NCBI GenBank assembly: GCA_963784645.1
Contig: CAWARY010000005.1
Location: 178,656-242,655, forward strand
DNA length: 64,000 bases
Direction: 5' to 3'
From: an uncultured Actinomycetota bacterium
GTDB taxonomy: Bacteria; Actinomycetota; Actinomycetes; JACCUZ01
Shown: one piece after another, positions 20,276-29,242 of the stretch
How positions within the stretch are numbered: position 1 is the first letter of the stretch
Layout of the letters: each line of letters opens with the position of its first letter
Notes under the pieces: model-generated
Told to the model about the DNA's origin: nothing
What the model saw: the letters and a program-made list of their open reading frames with translations, nothing else
Database searches by the model: none
Program-made: the position numbers and the translations under genes

Positions 20276-21210
20276 CGGACCGCGCGGACGAGGTCGTCGC
20301 GACGAGCGGGCTGACGAAGCGCTTCGGCTCCGTGCTCGCGGTCGACGACGTGTCGATCGAGGTCCGCCAGGGCGACCGCTACGGCTTCCTCGGACCGAAC
20401 GGCTCCGGCAAGACCACCACGGTGCGGATGCTGCTCGGCCTGGTCTATGCGACGTCGGGCAGCGTGGAGCTCTTCGGCCGCCGGATGCCCGGCCCGGCGC
20501 GCGGCACGCTGTCGGACGTCGGCGCGCTGATCGAGGGGCCGGCGTCCTACGGCCACCTCTCGGCGCGGACCAACCTCGCCCTGATGGACGCCGCCGGCCC
20601 GGGCAGCTCCCGGCGCACCCGGCGCCGGCGGATCGAGGGCGTGCTCGAGCAGGTGGGGCTCGACGGAGTCGGTCGACGGCCGGTGAAGGCCTTCTCGCTC
20701 GGGATGAAGGCCCGGCTCGGTCTGGCCGGCGCACTGCTCCGCCGGCCGCGGCTGCTGGTGCTCGACGAACCGACCAACGGGCTCGATCCGCAAGGGATCC
20801 ACGAGGTGCGCGACCTGCTCCTCGAGCTCAACCGTGGCGGCACGACCCTCTTCGTGTCGAGCCACCTGCTGGCCGAGGTCGAGAGCCTGTGCACACGGGT
20901 CGGCATCCTGCAGGCCGGTCGGCTCGTCGCGCAGGACGACCTCGCCACGCTGCAGGCGCCGACCGGGCTGGTACTGGTGCGGACGCCGGACCCGGACCTG
21001 GCGGTCTCGGTGCTCGACGGCCGGGTCGAGCGCCGCCACGGCAACCTGCTGGCCGTCCGCGCCTCGACCGCGGAGGAGCTGGCGGGGCTGCTCGTCCAGA
21101 GCGGTGTCCGGCTCACCGAGCTGCGCGCCGAGCGGCGGACCCTCGAGGAGGTCGTGCTCGAGCTGACCGGGCCCGGCTCGGACCGGGTGGCGCGAGGGCC
21201 GGACCGGTGA
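20272..21210 (+). CDS. ABC transporter ATP-binding protein
   Basis: Walker A GPNGSGKTT, signature LSLGMKARL and Walker B LLVLDEPTNGLD. Confidence 0.9.
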   Translation: MTDRADEVVATSGLTKRFGSVLAVDDVSIEVRQGDRYGFLGPNGSGKTTTVRMLLGLVYATSGSVELFGRRMPGPARGTLSDVGALIEGPASYGHLSARTNLALMDAAGPGSSRRTRRRRIEGVLEQVGLDGVGRRPVKAFSLGMKARLGLAGALLRRPRLLVLDEPTNGLDPQGIHEVRDLLLELNRGGTTLFVSSHLLAEVESLCTRVGILQAGRLVAQDDLATLQAPTGLVLVRTPDPDLAVSVLDGRVERRHGNLLAVRASTAEELAGLLVQSGVRLTELRAERRTLEEVVLELTGPGSDRVARGPDR

Positions 21211-22028
21211 TCGCCGTCGAGCTGGTCAAGCTCTTCCGCCGGCCGCGCACCTGGGTCACGGTCGGGCTGCTCTGCTTGCTGCCCACCGTCGTCGCGGTCT
21301 TCCTCGCAGTGACCGACGTGGCCCCCCGCCCGGGCGAGGGACCGGCCTTCCTGTCCGCGGTGCTCGCCAACGGTGCCCTGTTCCCGGCTGCCGCGCTCGG
21401 CATCGTGCTCCCGCTGTTCCTGCCGGTGGCCGTCGCCGTCGTGGCCGGTGACGCGGTAGCGGGCGAGTCGGCCGCGGGGACGCTGCGCTACCTGCTCGTC
21501 CGCCCGGTAGGACGCACCCGGTTGCTGCTGGCCAAGCTGCTGTCGGTGGTGGTGTTCCTCGTCGTCGCCGTCACCGCGGTCGCGGCGACCGCCTACGAGG
21601 TGGGTACACGCCTGTTCGTGCCGGTGGCCGGCTCGCCGGCGGAGGTGGTCACCGGCCTGTCGGGCAGCACCCTGACCTCGCAGCAGCTCGCCGTCCGCAC
21701 GATGCTGGTCATCGGCTACATCACGTGGTCGATGCTCGGGGTCGCGGCGGTCGCGCTTTTCCTGTCGACTCTCACCGACTCGCCGCTCGCGGCCGCACTC
21801 GGGGCGCTCGCGGTGCTCGTCACCAGCCAGGTGCTCGTCACCCTCGACGCGGCCTCGTCGGTGAAGCAGTACCTGCCGACGCGTTACTGGCTGGCCTGGG
21901 TCGACTTCTTCCGCGACCCCATCCTGTGGCACGACATCCGGCTCGGGGTGCTCGTGCAGGGCGCCTACGCCGTCGTCTTCCTCGGCCTCGCCTGGGCGGC
22001 GTTCACGACCCGCGACGTCACGAGCTGA
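21207..22028 (+). CDS. ABC-2 type transporter permease
   Basis: 273 aa with six predicted TM segments. The GTG start overlaps the ATPase stop. Confidence 0.7.
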   Translation: MIAVELVKLFRRPRTWVTVGLLCLLPTVVAVFLAVTDVAPRPGEGPAFLSAVLANGALFPAAALGIVLPLFLPVAVAVVAGDAVAGESAAGTLRYLLVRPVGRTRLLLAKLLSVVVFLVVAVTAVAATAYEVGTRLFVPVAGSPAEVVTGLSGSTLTSQQLAVRTMLVIGYITWSMLGVAAVALFLSTLTDSPLAAALGALAVLVTSQVLVTLDAASSVKQYLPTRYWLAWVDFFRDPILWHDIRLGVLVQGAYAVVFLGLAWAAFTTRDVTS

Positions 22029-22029
22029 C

Positions 22030-22800
22030 TCACCCGGGGCACGCCGCAGGTGCCTGCGGCCTCGGCACCCGCAAGGCGTCGAGCACGAGCGACTGCACCG
22101 CGGTGTCGGTGGGGAGCTGACCGTGGGCGACCCGCCTCCCGGGGCAGACGTCCTGCACGACGAGGTCGAGGGCGCCCTCGAGGTCGGCGCTGTCCGACGG
22201 CGTGACCACCTGGTCGTCGGTGGTGCGGATGCTCACCCAGATCGGGCCGGGCGGCGTCTCGTCGCCACGGTTGAGGCGGCCCAGCAACGGGCTGTCGGGC
22301 GCGAGCTCCTGGCAGGCGGGTGGGCAGGAGTCCGGCGCCAGCACCGACGCCAGTGCCGCGATCTCGGTGCCGTGATGGGGGGACCCGAGCGTGACGACCC
22401 GTCGGGCCTGGCCTGCGCCGCCGCCCTCCGCGACCCACAGCCGGGCCACCACGCCGCCGGCGGAGTACCCCACGACGTCGACCGAGGGCGCTCCCGCCGC
22501 CAGCGCCGCGTCGGCGGCCGTCGCCAAGGCGGCTGCCTGGTCGGCGAGCGGTCCGGTGCCGTCGCCCGGCAGCCGGACGACGGTCGCCTCGCGGCCGGCC
22601 GCCCGCAGCACGGCGGCCAGCCGGTCGAGGGCCGTCGCGCTGCCGCCGTACCCGGGCACGAGCAGGACGGGACCGGGCCGGTCCTGGGCCACCGGCGTGG
22701 TGGGCTGCCGCGACCCGCGGAGCGCGACGGCCACCACGACCAGCGCCAGCAGCACCAGTGCCACCACCACGGCGACGAAGACCCGGCGGCGCGCACTCAC
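22030..22800 (-). CDS. Membrane-anchored alpha/beta hydrolase (lipase/esterase-like)
   Basis: GTG start at 22800. An N-terminal TM segment is followed by a VGYSAGG nucleophile motif. Confidence 0.6.
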   Translation of the reverse strand: MSARRRVFVAVVVALVLLALVVVAVALRGSRQPTTPVAQDRPGPVLLVPGYGGSATALDRLAAVLRAAGREATVVRLPGDGTGPLADQAAALATAADAALAAGAPSVDVVGYSAGGVVARLWVAEGGGAGQARRVVTLGSPHHGTEIAALASVLAPDSCPPACQELAPDSPLLGRLNRGDETPPGPIWVSIRTTDDQVVTPSDSADLEGALDLVVQDVCPGRRVAHGQLPTDTAVQSLVLDALRVPRPQAPAACPG

Positions 22801-22852
22801 CCCCCGACCGTACGGTGGGCCACTGCCGAGCACCGCCGTGGAGGAGGACCCT

Positions 22853-23917
22853 GTGCACGTCCTGGTCACCGGAGGTTGCGGCTTCGTCGGCTCCCACGTC
22901 GTGGAGGAGCTGCTCGCGTCGGGTCACGACGTGCGCGTGCTCGACGACCTGTCGACCGGCCGTCGGGAGCACCTCCCGGCCGGGGTCGACATGCGGGTGG
23001 GTGACGTCACTGTGGAGGGCGACGTCGCGGCCGCCCTCGACGGCGTCGACGCCGTGTGCCACCAGGCGGCGAAGGTCGGGCTCGGCAGCGGGGTCGCCGA
23101 CCTCGCCGACTACGTGCGTCGCAACGACCTCGGTACAGCGGTGCTGCTGTCGGCGATGGCAGCGGCCGGCACCGCCCGGCTGGTGCTCGCGTCGTCGATG
23201 GTGGTCTACGGCGAGGGCGGCTACGACTGCGCGGAGCACGGGGCCGTGACGCCGGGAGCGCGCCTGCGTGCCGACCTCGACGACGGCCGGTTCGAGCCGC
23301 CGTGCCCCGTGTGCGCGGCGCCGTTGTCGGTGCGGGAGGTCGACGAGTCGGCGCGGCTGGACCCGCGCAACGGCTACGCCGCCTCGAAGGTGGCTCAGGA
23401 GCACCTGGCCGCCACCTGGTCAGCGGTCACCGGGGGACCAGCGGTGGCGCTGCGCTACCACAACGTCTACGGCCGACGGCTGCCCCGCGACACGCCGTAC
23501 GCCGGCGTGGCGGCGCTGTTCCGGTCGGCCCTGGCCCGTGGCGAGGCGCCCAGGGTCTTCGAGGACGGCCGGCAGCTGCGCGACTTCGTGCACGTGCGGG
23601 ACGTCGCGGTCGCCAACCGGCTGGCCCTCGAGTCGTCCGGCGTCGCGGCCGGTCGGCTCACGGCGTACAACATCGCGAGCGGTCGGCCGCGCACGGTGGG
23701 CGAGCTGGCCGTGGCACTCGCGGACGCCGTGGGTGGACCACGTCCGGTGGTGACGCGGGAGTTCCGGATCGGCGACGTGCGGCACGTCGTCGCCTCGCCG
23801 GCGCGGGCCGGCGCGGAGCTCGGCTTCCGCGCGGCCACCGGGCTCGAGGCCGGTGCGGGTGACTTCGCGGCCGAGGACACCGGTGCCGGAGGTCGGGCAG
23901 GTCTTACGGGTTCGTGA
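22853..23917 (+). CDS. NAD-dependent epimerase/dehydratase (UDP-sugar 4-epimerase-like)
   Basis: VLVTGGCGFVGSHVVEEL Rossmann motif with a YxxxK-type catalytic region. GTG start behind a GGAGGAGG ribosome-binding site. Confidence 0.8.
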   Translation: MHVLVTGGCGFVGSHVVEELLASGHDVRVLDDLSTGRREHLPAGVDMRVGDVTVEGDVAAALDGVDAVCHQAAKVGLGSGVADLADYVRRNDLGTAVLLSAMAAAGTARLVLASSMVVYGEGGYDCAEHGAVTPGARLRADLDDGRFEPPCPVCAAPLSVREVDESARLDPRNGYAASKVAQEHLAATWSAVTGGPAVALRYHNVYGRRLPRDTPYAGVAALFRSALARGEAPRVFEDGRQLRDFVHVRDVAVANRLALESSGVAAGRLTAYNIASGRPRTVGELAVALADAVGGPRPVVTREFRIGDVRHVVASPARAGAELGFRAATGLEAGAGDFAAEDTGAGGRAGLTGS

Positions 23918-23987
23918 CGTCCGCGGCAGGTCGGTCCGTGCTGCTCTAGCGTCGGGGGCGCAGGTCACGACCGTCCGGAGGAGCCAG

Positions 23988-24686
23988 GTGTCCCGCACCA
24001 AGATCCTCGTCGCCGAGGACGACCCGACGATCGCCGACGTCGTCTGCCGCTACCTGGTGCACGACGGTCACGAGGTCGAGCACGTCGCCGACGGCACCAC
24101 GGCGCTCAACCGGGCCCTGTCCGGCAGCCCCGACCTCGTGGTGCTCGACGTCATGCTGCCGGGGATGGACGGTTTCGAGGTCTGCCGTCGCATGCGGCGG
24201 TCCGTGACGACGCCGGTCGTCCTGCTCACTGCGCTCGGCTCCGAGAGCGACCGGATCACCGGGCTCGAGATCGGCGCCGACGACTACCTCACGAAGCCGT
24301 TCAGCCCGCGGGAGCTGACCCTGCGGGTGCAGGCGGTGCTCCGCAGGGCCAGGGGCTCGGCGGGCGCCCGGCAGGTCGGGGTGCAGCGCGACGGCGACCT
24401 CACGGTCGACCTCGGCGCGCGACAGGCGGTGCGCCGCGGCGCCGAGCTGGTGCTCACCACCCGGGAGTTCGACCTGCTCGCGTTCTTCCTCAGCAATCCC
24501 GGCCAGGTGTTCTCCCGCAAGGAGCTGCTCTCGAGCGTCTGGGGCTGGACCGTGGGCGACGAGTCGACGGTCACGGTGCACGTCCGCCGCCTGCGGGCAA
24601 AGGTCGAGGACGACCCGGCGGTCCCGCAGCGCGTCCTCACGGTGTGGGGCTCGGGCTACCGCTACCAGCCGCAGGAGCAGTCGTGA
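23988..24686 (+). CDS. OmpR-family response regulator
   Basis: Receiver domain (KILVAEDDPTIAD...LVVLDVMLPGMDG) plus a winged-helix C-terminal domain. Confidence 0.9.
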   Translation: MSRTKILVAEDDPTIADVVCRYLVHDGHEVEHVADGTTALNRALSGSPDLVVLDVMLPGMDGFEVCRRMRRSVTTPVVLLTALGSESDRITGLEIGADDYLTKPFSPRELTLRVQAVLRRARGSAGARQVGVQRDGDLTVDLGARQAVRRGAELVLTTREFDLLAFFLSNPGQVFSRKELLSSVWGWTVGDESTVTVHVRRLRAKVEDDPAVPQRVLTVWGSGYRYQPQEQS

Positions 24687-25831
24687 TCCCGGCGGCGGAC
24701 GTCGGTGTCGTCGCCGAGCTGACCGTCGCCTGCGCGGTCGTCGCCCTCGTCGTCGGAGGTGCGCTGCTGCGGCTGCTGCGCGGCCGCTCGGTGGTCACGC
24801 ACCTGCTGGTCGTCAGCTCTGCGGCGCTGGCAACCGTCGCCGGCGCCGTTCTCCTCACCACCCGGCAGATGTTCCTCTCCTCGCACGACTCGCGGGTGGT
24901 CCTCGTCGTCAGCGCGCTGGCGACCGTCTCGGCCGTCGGTGTGGCCCTGCTGCTGGGCGGCTCGCTCCGCCGGGCGGGACGGGCGCTGGCGACCGCCGCG
25001 GTGAAGGTCGGCGAGCCGGCGTACGACGGGTCGCCTGACATGCCGACCGGCGAGCTGCGCACCGTCGCTGCTGCGCTGGACGACGCGCACGCCCGGCTGG
25101 CCCGCGCCCGCGCCGCCGTCGAGGCCACCGAGCAGAGCAGGCGGCAGCTCGTGGCCGGCATGAGCCACGACCTTCGCACGCCCCTCGCCGGGATGCGCGC
25201 GATGGTCGAGTCGCTGGAGGACGGCGTCGTGGCCGACCCCGAGACGGTGCGCCGGTACCACCGTCAGCTGGGTGTCGAGGTCGACCGCGTCGCCCAGATG
25301 GTCAGCGACCTGTTCGAGCTGTCGCGCGTCGAGGGGCCGATGCGCCTGCACCTGGAGCGCGTCGCGGCCGGGGACCTCGTCGACGAGGCGTTGGCCAGCG
25401 CAGACCCCGTGGCGCGGGTCAAGGGGATCCGGCTGGTGGGGGAGGCCTCGCCGGCGCTACCGGTCGACGTCGACCCGGACGAGTTCGGCCGGGTGATGCG
25501 CAACCTGCTGCTCAACGCGATCCGGCACACGCCCAGCGACGGGACGATCGCTGTGACCGCCGTCGGCGGCAGCGACGGCGGTCGTGACGGCGGCATGGTC
25601 CGCATCACGGTCTCGGACGCCTGCGGCGGCATCCCCGACGACGACCTGCCACGGCTGTTCGAGACGGCGTTCCGCGGCAGTGCCTCCCGGAGCTCGGCCG
25701 ACGGCGAGGGCGGCGGCTACGGGCTGGCGATCGCACGCGGCATCGTCGAGGCTCATCGCGGCGCGATCGCGGTGGCCAACCACCACCCCGGCTGCCGCTT
25801 CGAGATCCTCCTCCCGCTCGCCGCCGACTGA
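24683..25831 (+). CDS. Sensor histidine kinase
   Basis: Two TM helices, an H-box (MSHDLRTPL) and N/G boxes (LLNAIRHT, GGGYGLAIARGIV). The GTGA overlap indicates translational coupling to the response regulator. Confidence 0.85.
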   Translation: MIPAADVGVVAELTVACAVVALVVGGALLRLLRGRSVVTHLLVVSSAALATVAGAVLLTTRQMFLSSHDSRVVLVVSALATVSAVGVALLLGGSLRRAGRALATAAVKVGEPAYDGSPDMPTGELRTVAAALDDAHARLARARAAVEATEQSRRQLVAGMSHDLRTPLAGMRAMVESLEDGVVADPETVRRYHRQLGVEVDRVAQMVSDLFELSRVEGPMRLHLERVAAGDLVDEALASADPVARVKGIRLVGEASPALPVDVDPDEFGRVMRNLLLNAIRHTPSDGTIAVTAVGGSDGGRDGGMVRITVSDACGGIPDDDLPRLFETAFRGSASRSSADGEGGGYGLAIARGIVEAHRGAIAVANHHPGCRFEILLPLAAD

Positions 25832-25863
25832 CGGTCCGCCCGTAGGGTCGGGTCCGGAGCCTC

Positions 25864-27180
25864 TCACCAGACGTCGCGGACGAGCAGCTGGAAGGCGAGG
25901 GCGCAGGCCGCGTTGACGGCGAGCCAGCCACGGGCCCGACCGGGGAGGCCGGCGGTCAGCAGCACCAGCCACGGCGCGAACGGCAGCCAGATCCGCTCCA
26001 CCTCCAGGCGCGTGACGCCACTGACCGCGAGGAGCAGCAGGGCGACGGCGGCGGATCCGGCCAGCACGGTCGGCACCCGACCCGGGCGACGGGTCAGCGC
26101 CGCGGCGGTGGCCGGGCCCACGAGGACGCCCAGGATCGCGAGGTCGGCGACGAGGGAGTAGAGGTAGGGCCGGTCGTCACCCTTCCCGAGCTGCCAGGCC
26201 CGGTGGGTGGCCTGGACGCCGTCGAACCACCAGAAGCCGGCGGCCGTGAAGGCGGCGGGAACGACAGCGAGACCGGCAAGCAGGGCGACCACCGGACCCA
26301 CCAGCGAGCGGCCGCCGCCGCCCGGCAGCCCGTGTCGTCGTACGCCGAGCCAGCCCACGGCGGCCAGCACCGCGCCGTAGGGGAGCAGGCCGTAGCTCAG
26401 GTACGGCAGCGAGCCGGCGAGCAGGCCGGCGACCACGAGCAGCGGCCACGACCCGCGGCGCAGCGCGACCGCCAGCGTCGCGGCCGACCAGGCACCGACG
26501 CCGAGGAAGAACGCGTCCGCGCTGGTCGCCACGGTGATGGCGAACGGGGCCAGGACGAGGAACGGCAGGGCCCGCCGTGCGGTGTCCTCGTCGCCCAGGG
26601 CCCGCACGGTGACCAGCACGGCGGCGACGGCGGAGCTGCCGACGGCGATGACGAGCGCGCCCGCCCACCCTGGACCGGTCGCGCCGAGGCGGTCCCACGC
26701 CCAGAACACGAGGACCATCAGCGGCGGGTGGCCGTTCACGTGCACCGGCAGGTCGCGGTGGGCAACCGCGTCGGCGAAGCCGACCAGGAAGGCGTGCGGG
26801 TCGTTGCCCACCCGCGGGACTGCTGGCAGGTACTCGTGGGCCCGGCCGAGCGGGCCGCCGATGGAGTCGTGTCCGTCCCAGACCGCGAGACCGACGGCCC
26901 AGGCGGCGGCCGCCGCGGCTGCGCCCACCGGCAGCACCCGCCAGGCCAGCCGCTGGGCGACCACCGGCAGCACGACGACGCCCAGGACGGCCAGCAGCGT
27001 CCCCGGGACGACCGCGCGGGGCAGGAACCGGTAGTGCCCCTGGAACGGCGGGGCGTGCACGTTGAGCGTGCCGTCGGGGAGCAGGTCGTGGCCCCAGACC
27101 ACCGCGACGGCGAGCAGCAGCAGCCAGCCGGCGAGCGCGGCTGCCACCGGCCGGAGGGAGCGAGCTGGGCCTCCGCGCAC
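25864..27180 (-). CDS. Polytopic integral membrane protein (GT-C / DUF2029-like, possible glycosyltransferase)
   Basis: 438 aa with more than 10 TM helices and a GTG start. It is divergent from the GT2 operon. Confidence 0.5.
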   Translation of the reverse strand: MRGGPARSLRPVAAALAGWLLLLAVAVVWGHDLLPDGTLNVHAPPFQGHYRFLPRAVVPGTLLAVLGVVVLPVVAQRLAWRVLPVGAAAAAAAWAVGLAVWDGHDSIGGPLGRAHEYLPAVPRVGNDPHAFLVGFADAVAHRDLPVHVNGHPPLMVLVFWAWDRLGATGPGWAGALVIAVGSSAVAAVLVTVRALGDEDTARRALPFLVLAPFAITVATSADAFFLGVGAWSAATLAVALRRGSWPLLVVAGLLAGSLPYLSYGLLPYGAVLAAVGWLGVRRHGLPGGGGRSLVGPVVALLAGLAVVPAAFTAAGFWWFDGVQATHRAWQLGKGDDRPYLYSLVADLAILGVLVGPATAAALTRRPGRVPTVLAGSAAVALLLLAVSGVTRLEVERIWLPFAPWLVLLTAGLPGRARGWLAVNAACALAFQLLVRDVW

Positions 27181-27280
27181 CTGCCGAGGCTATGTGACCC
27201 TCACGCCTGCCGGGTCCTCCGGATCCGCCTGTCATCGTTCGGTAAGGGTTGAGGTGCGCCGAGGGTGGCAACATCACCGG

Positions 27281-27931
27281 GTGATCGTCGACGTGCTGCT
27301 CCCGTGTCTCGACGAGGCGGCGGCGCTCCCCTGGGTCCTCGACCGGATGCCGGTCGGCTACCGGGCGATCGTGGTGGACAACGGCTCGGTCGACGGATCG
27401 GCCGACGTCGCCCGGGCGCACGGCGCCGCCGTTGTCGTGGCGACGCAGCGCGGCTACGGCGCCGCCTGCCACGCGGGGCTGCTCGCGTCGACCAGCGACG
27501 TGGTGTGCGTCATGGACGCCGACGCCTCGCTCGACCCGGCCCAGCTCCCCGAGGTGGCAGCACCCGTGCTGGCCGGCGCGGCCGACCTGGTCCTCGGCCG
27601 CCGCACCACGCGGTCGCTGAGCGCCTGGCCGGTCCCGGCCCGGCTGGCCAACATCGCTCTGGCGCGGACCGTCCGGCGTCGCACCGGGCTCGCCGTGCGC
27701 GACCTGGGTCCGGTGCGCGCGTTCCGTCGCGAGGACCTGCTCGCACTCGACCTCAGGGACCGCCGGTCCGGCTACCCGCTCCAGACGCTGCTCGCTGCCC
27801 ACGCCGCTGGCTGGCGGGTCGCGGAGGTGCCGGTGAGGTACCTGCCCCGGGTCGGCAGGTCCAAGGTCACCGGCACCCTGCCCGGGTACGTCCGTGCGGT
27901 CCGCGACATGCGCGCGGTGCTGGCGCAGTGA
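27281..27931 (+). CDS. Family-2 glycosyltransferase (polyprenol-phosphate sugar synthase-like)
   Basis: DxD-type GT-A fold with VVDNGSVDGS and VMDADAS motifs. Confidence 0.75.
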   Translation: MIVDVLLPCLDEAAALPWVLDRMPVGYRAIVVDNGSVDGSADVARAHGAAVVVATQRGYGAACHAGLLASTSDVVCVMDADASLDPAQLPEVAAPVLAGAADLVLGRRTTRSLSAWPVPARLANIALARTVRRRTGLAVRDLGPVRAFRREDLLALDLRDRRSGYPLQTLLAAHAAGWRVAEVPVRYLPRVGRSKVTGTLPGYVRAVRDMRAVLAQ

Positions 27932-28590
27932 CCGGCCCGGTGCCGCGTCCGGCGCAGGTCGTCGTCCTGGCCAAGACCCCGGTGCCCGGCCGGGTGAAGA
28001 CCCGGCTCACGCCGCCTTACGCGCCGGTGGAGGCGGCCGCTCTGGCCGAGGCCGCCCTCGTCGACACCTTGCGCGCTGCGTCGGGCGCCGCCGTGACCAG
28101 GGTCCTGCTCGTGCTGGACGGTGAGCCCGGTGAGTGGCTGCCGGCGGGTGTCGCCGTCCGTCGGCAGCGACCGGGCGGCCTGGACGAGCGGATCGCGCAC
28201 GCCCTGGTCGACGCCCACCTCGACCTCGAGCTGCCCGTGCTCCTCGTGGGCATGGACACCCCGCAGCTCGCAGCGGCCGATCTCGACCACGCCGTCGACC
28301 GGCTGCTCGAGCCCGGCACCGACGCCGTGCTCGGCCCGGCCGTCGACGGGGGCTACTGGGCACTGGGGCTGCACCGGCCACTCCTCGAGCACGTCCTGTC
28401 GGTGCCGATGTCCCGCCACGACACCGGCACCCGGCAGCTGGACCGGCTCGAGTCGTGCGGTCTGCGGGTGCGGCTGCTCGAGACCCGTCGCGATGTCGAT
28501 CGGGCTGCCGACGCGGCGCTGGTCGCCGCCGAGGCGCCGCACAGCGCGTTCGCCGCAGCGCTGGCCCGGCTCTCGGCCGGCGCCGCATGA
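27928..28590 (+). CDS. DUF2064 / TIGR04282-family protein (nucleotidyltransferase-like, glycosyltransferase-associated)
   Basis: 220 aa, VVVLAKTPVPGRVKTRLTPPYAPVEAAALAEAALVDTL. It overlaps the start and stop codons of both neighbours. Confidence 0.6.
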   Translation: MTGPVPRPAQVVVLAKTPVPGRVKTRLTPPYAPVEAAALAEAALVDTLRAASGAAVTRVLLVLDGEPGEWLPAGVAVRRQRPGGLDERIAHALVDAHLDLELPVLLVGMDTPQLAAADLDHAVDRLLEPGTDAVLGPAVDGGYWALGLHRPLLEHVLSVPMSRHDTGTRQLDRLESCGLRVRLLETRRDVDRAADAALVAAEAPHSAFAAALARLSAGAA

Positions 28591-29210
28591 TGGGCCGGCT
28601 CTACTCCGGCGCCCTGCGCGACGGTGGCCGGCTGGAAGCGGTCTACCCGGACGGCACCCGCGTGGCCGTCCCGGTGGAGTCGTGGCGGGGACCGCTGCAG
28701 CCGGGCGACGTCGGCCTGCTCGACCGCTGCACCGGTGAGACCCTCGACGTCGGGTGCGGCCCGGGGCGGCTCGCTGCCGCGCTACGGCGGCGCGGCGTCC
28801 CGTCGGTCGGCATCGACGTGAACCCCGACGCGCTCCGGCTCGCCCGGGCGGCCGGTGCACGCGTGCACCGGTGCTCGGTGTTCGGCGACGTCCCACGGCC
28901 CGGCCGCTGGGCCACCATCCTGCTCGTGGACGGCAACATCGGCATCGGCGGCGTCCCCGTGGTGCTGCTCCGCCGGATCGGCGCACTGCTGTCCCCGAAC
29001 GGCCGCGCTCTCGTCGAGGTGGAGGGTCCCGACTCCTCCAGCAGTCGGACCCGGCTCAGGCTGGCCAGCGGCGAGCACCTGTCGCAGCCGTTCCCGTGGG
29101 CGCACCTGGCCCTGCGCGACACCGACGGCGTCGCAGCGCTGGCGGGGCTGCGTGCCGACGAATCGTGGCAGGACTCCGGCCGCTGGTTCGTCGCGCTGCG
29201 ACACGCCTGA
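28587..29210 (+). CDS. Class I SAM-dependent methyltransferase
   Basis: LDVGCGPGRLAAAL is a SAM-binding motif I. Confidence 0.6.
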   Translation: MMGRLYSGALRDGGRLEAVYPDGTRVAVPVESWRGPLQPGDVGLLDRCTGETLDVGCGPGRLAAALRRRGVPSVGIDVNPDALRLARAAGARVHRCSVFGDVPRPGRWATILLVDGNIGIGGVPVVLLRRIGALLSPNGRALVEVEGPDSSSSRTRLRLASGEHLSQPFPWAHLALRDTDGVAALAGLRADESWQDSGRWFVALRHA

Positions 29211-29242
29211 GCCCCACCGTCGACCAAGAGGTTGTGACGCGC

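Noticed and set aside
22030-22869. ATG at 22869 as the start of the lipase-like gene
   Set aside because: It would overlap the divergent epimerase gene and its ribosome-binding site. A GTG at 22800 gives a short cytoplasmic tail plus a TM anchor, as expected.
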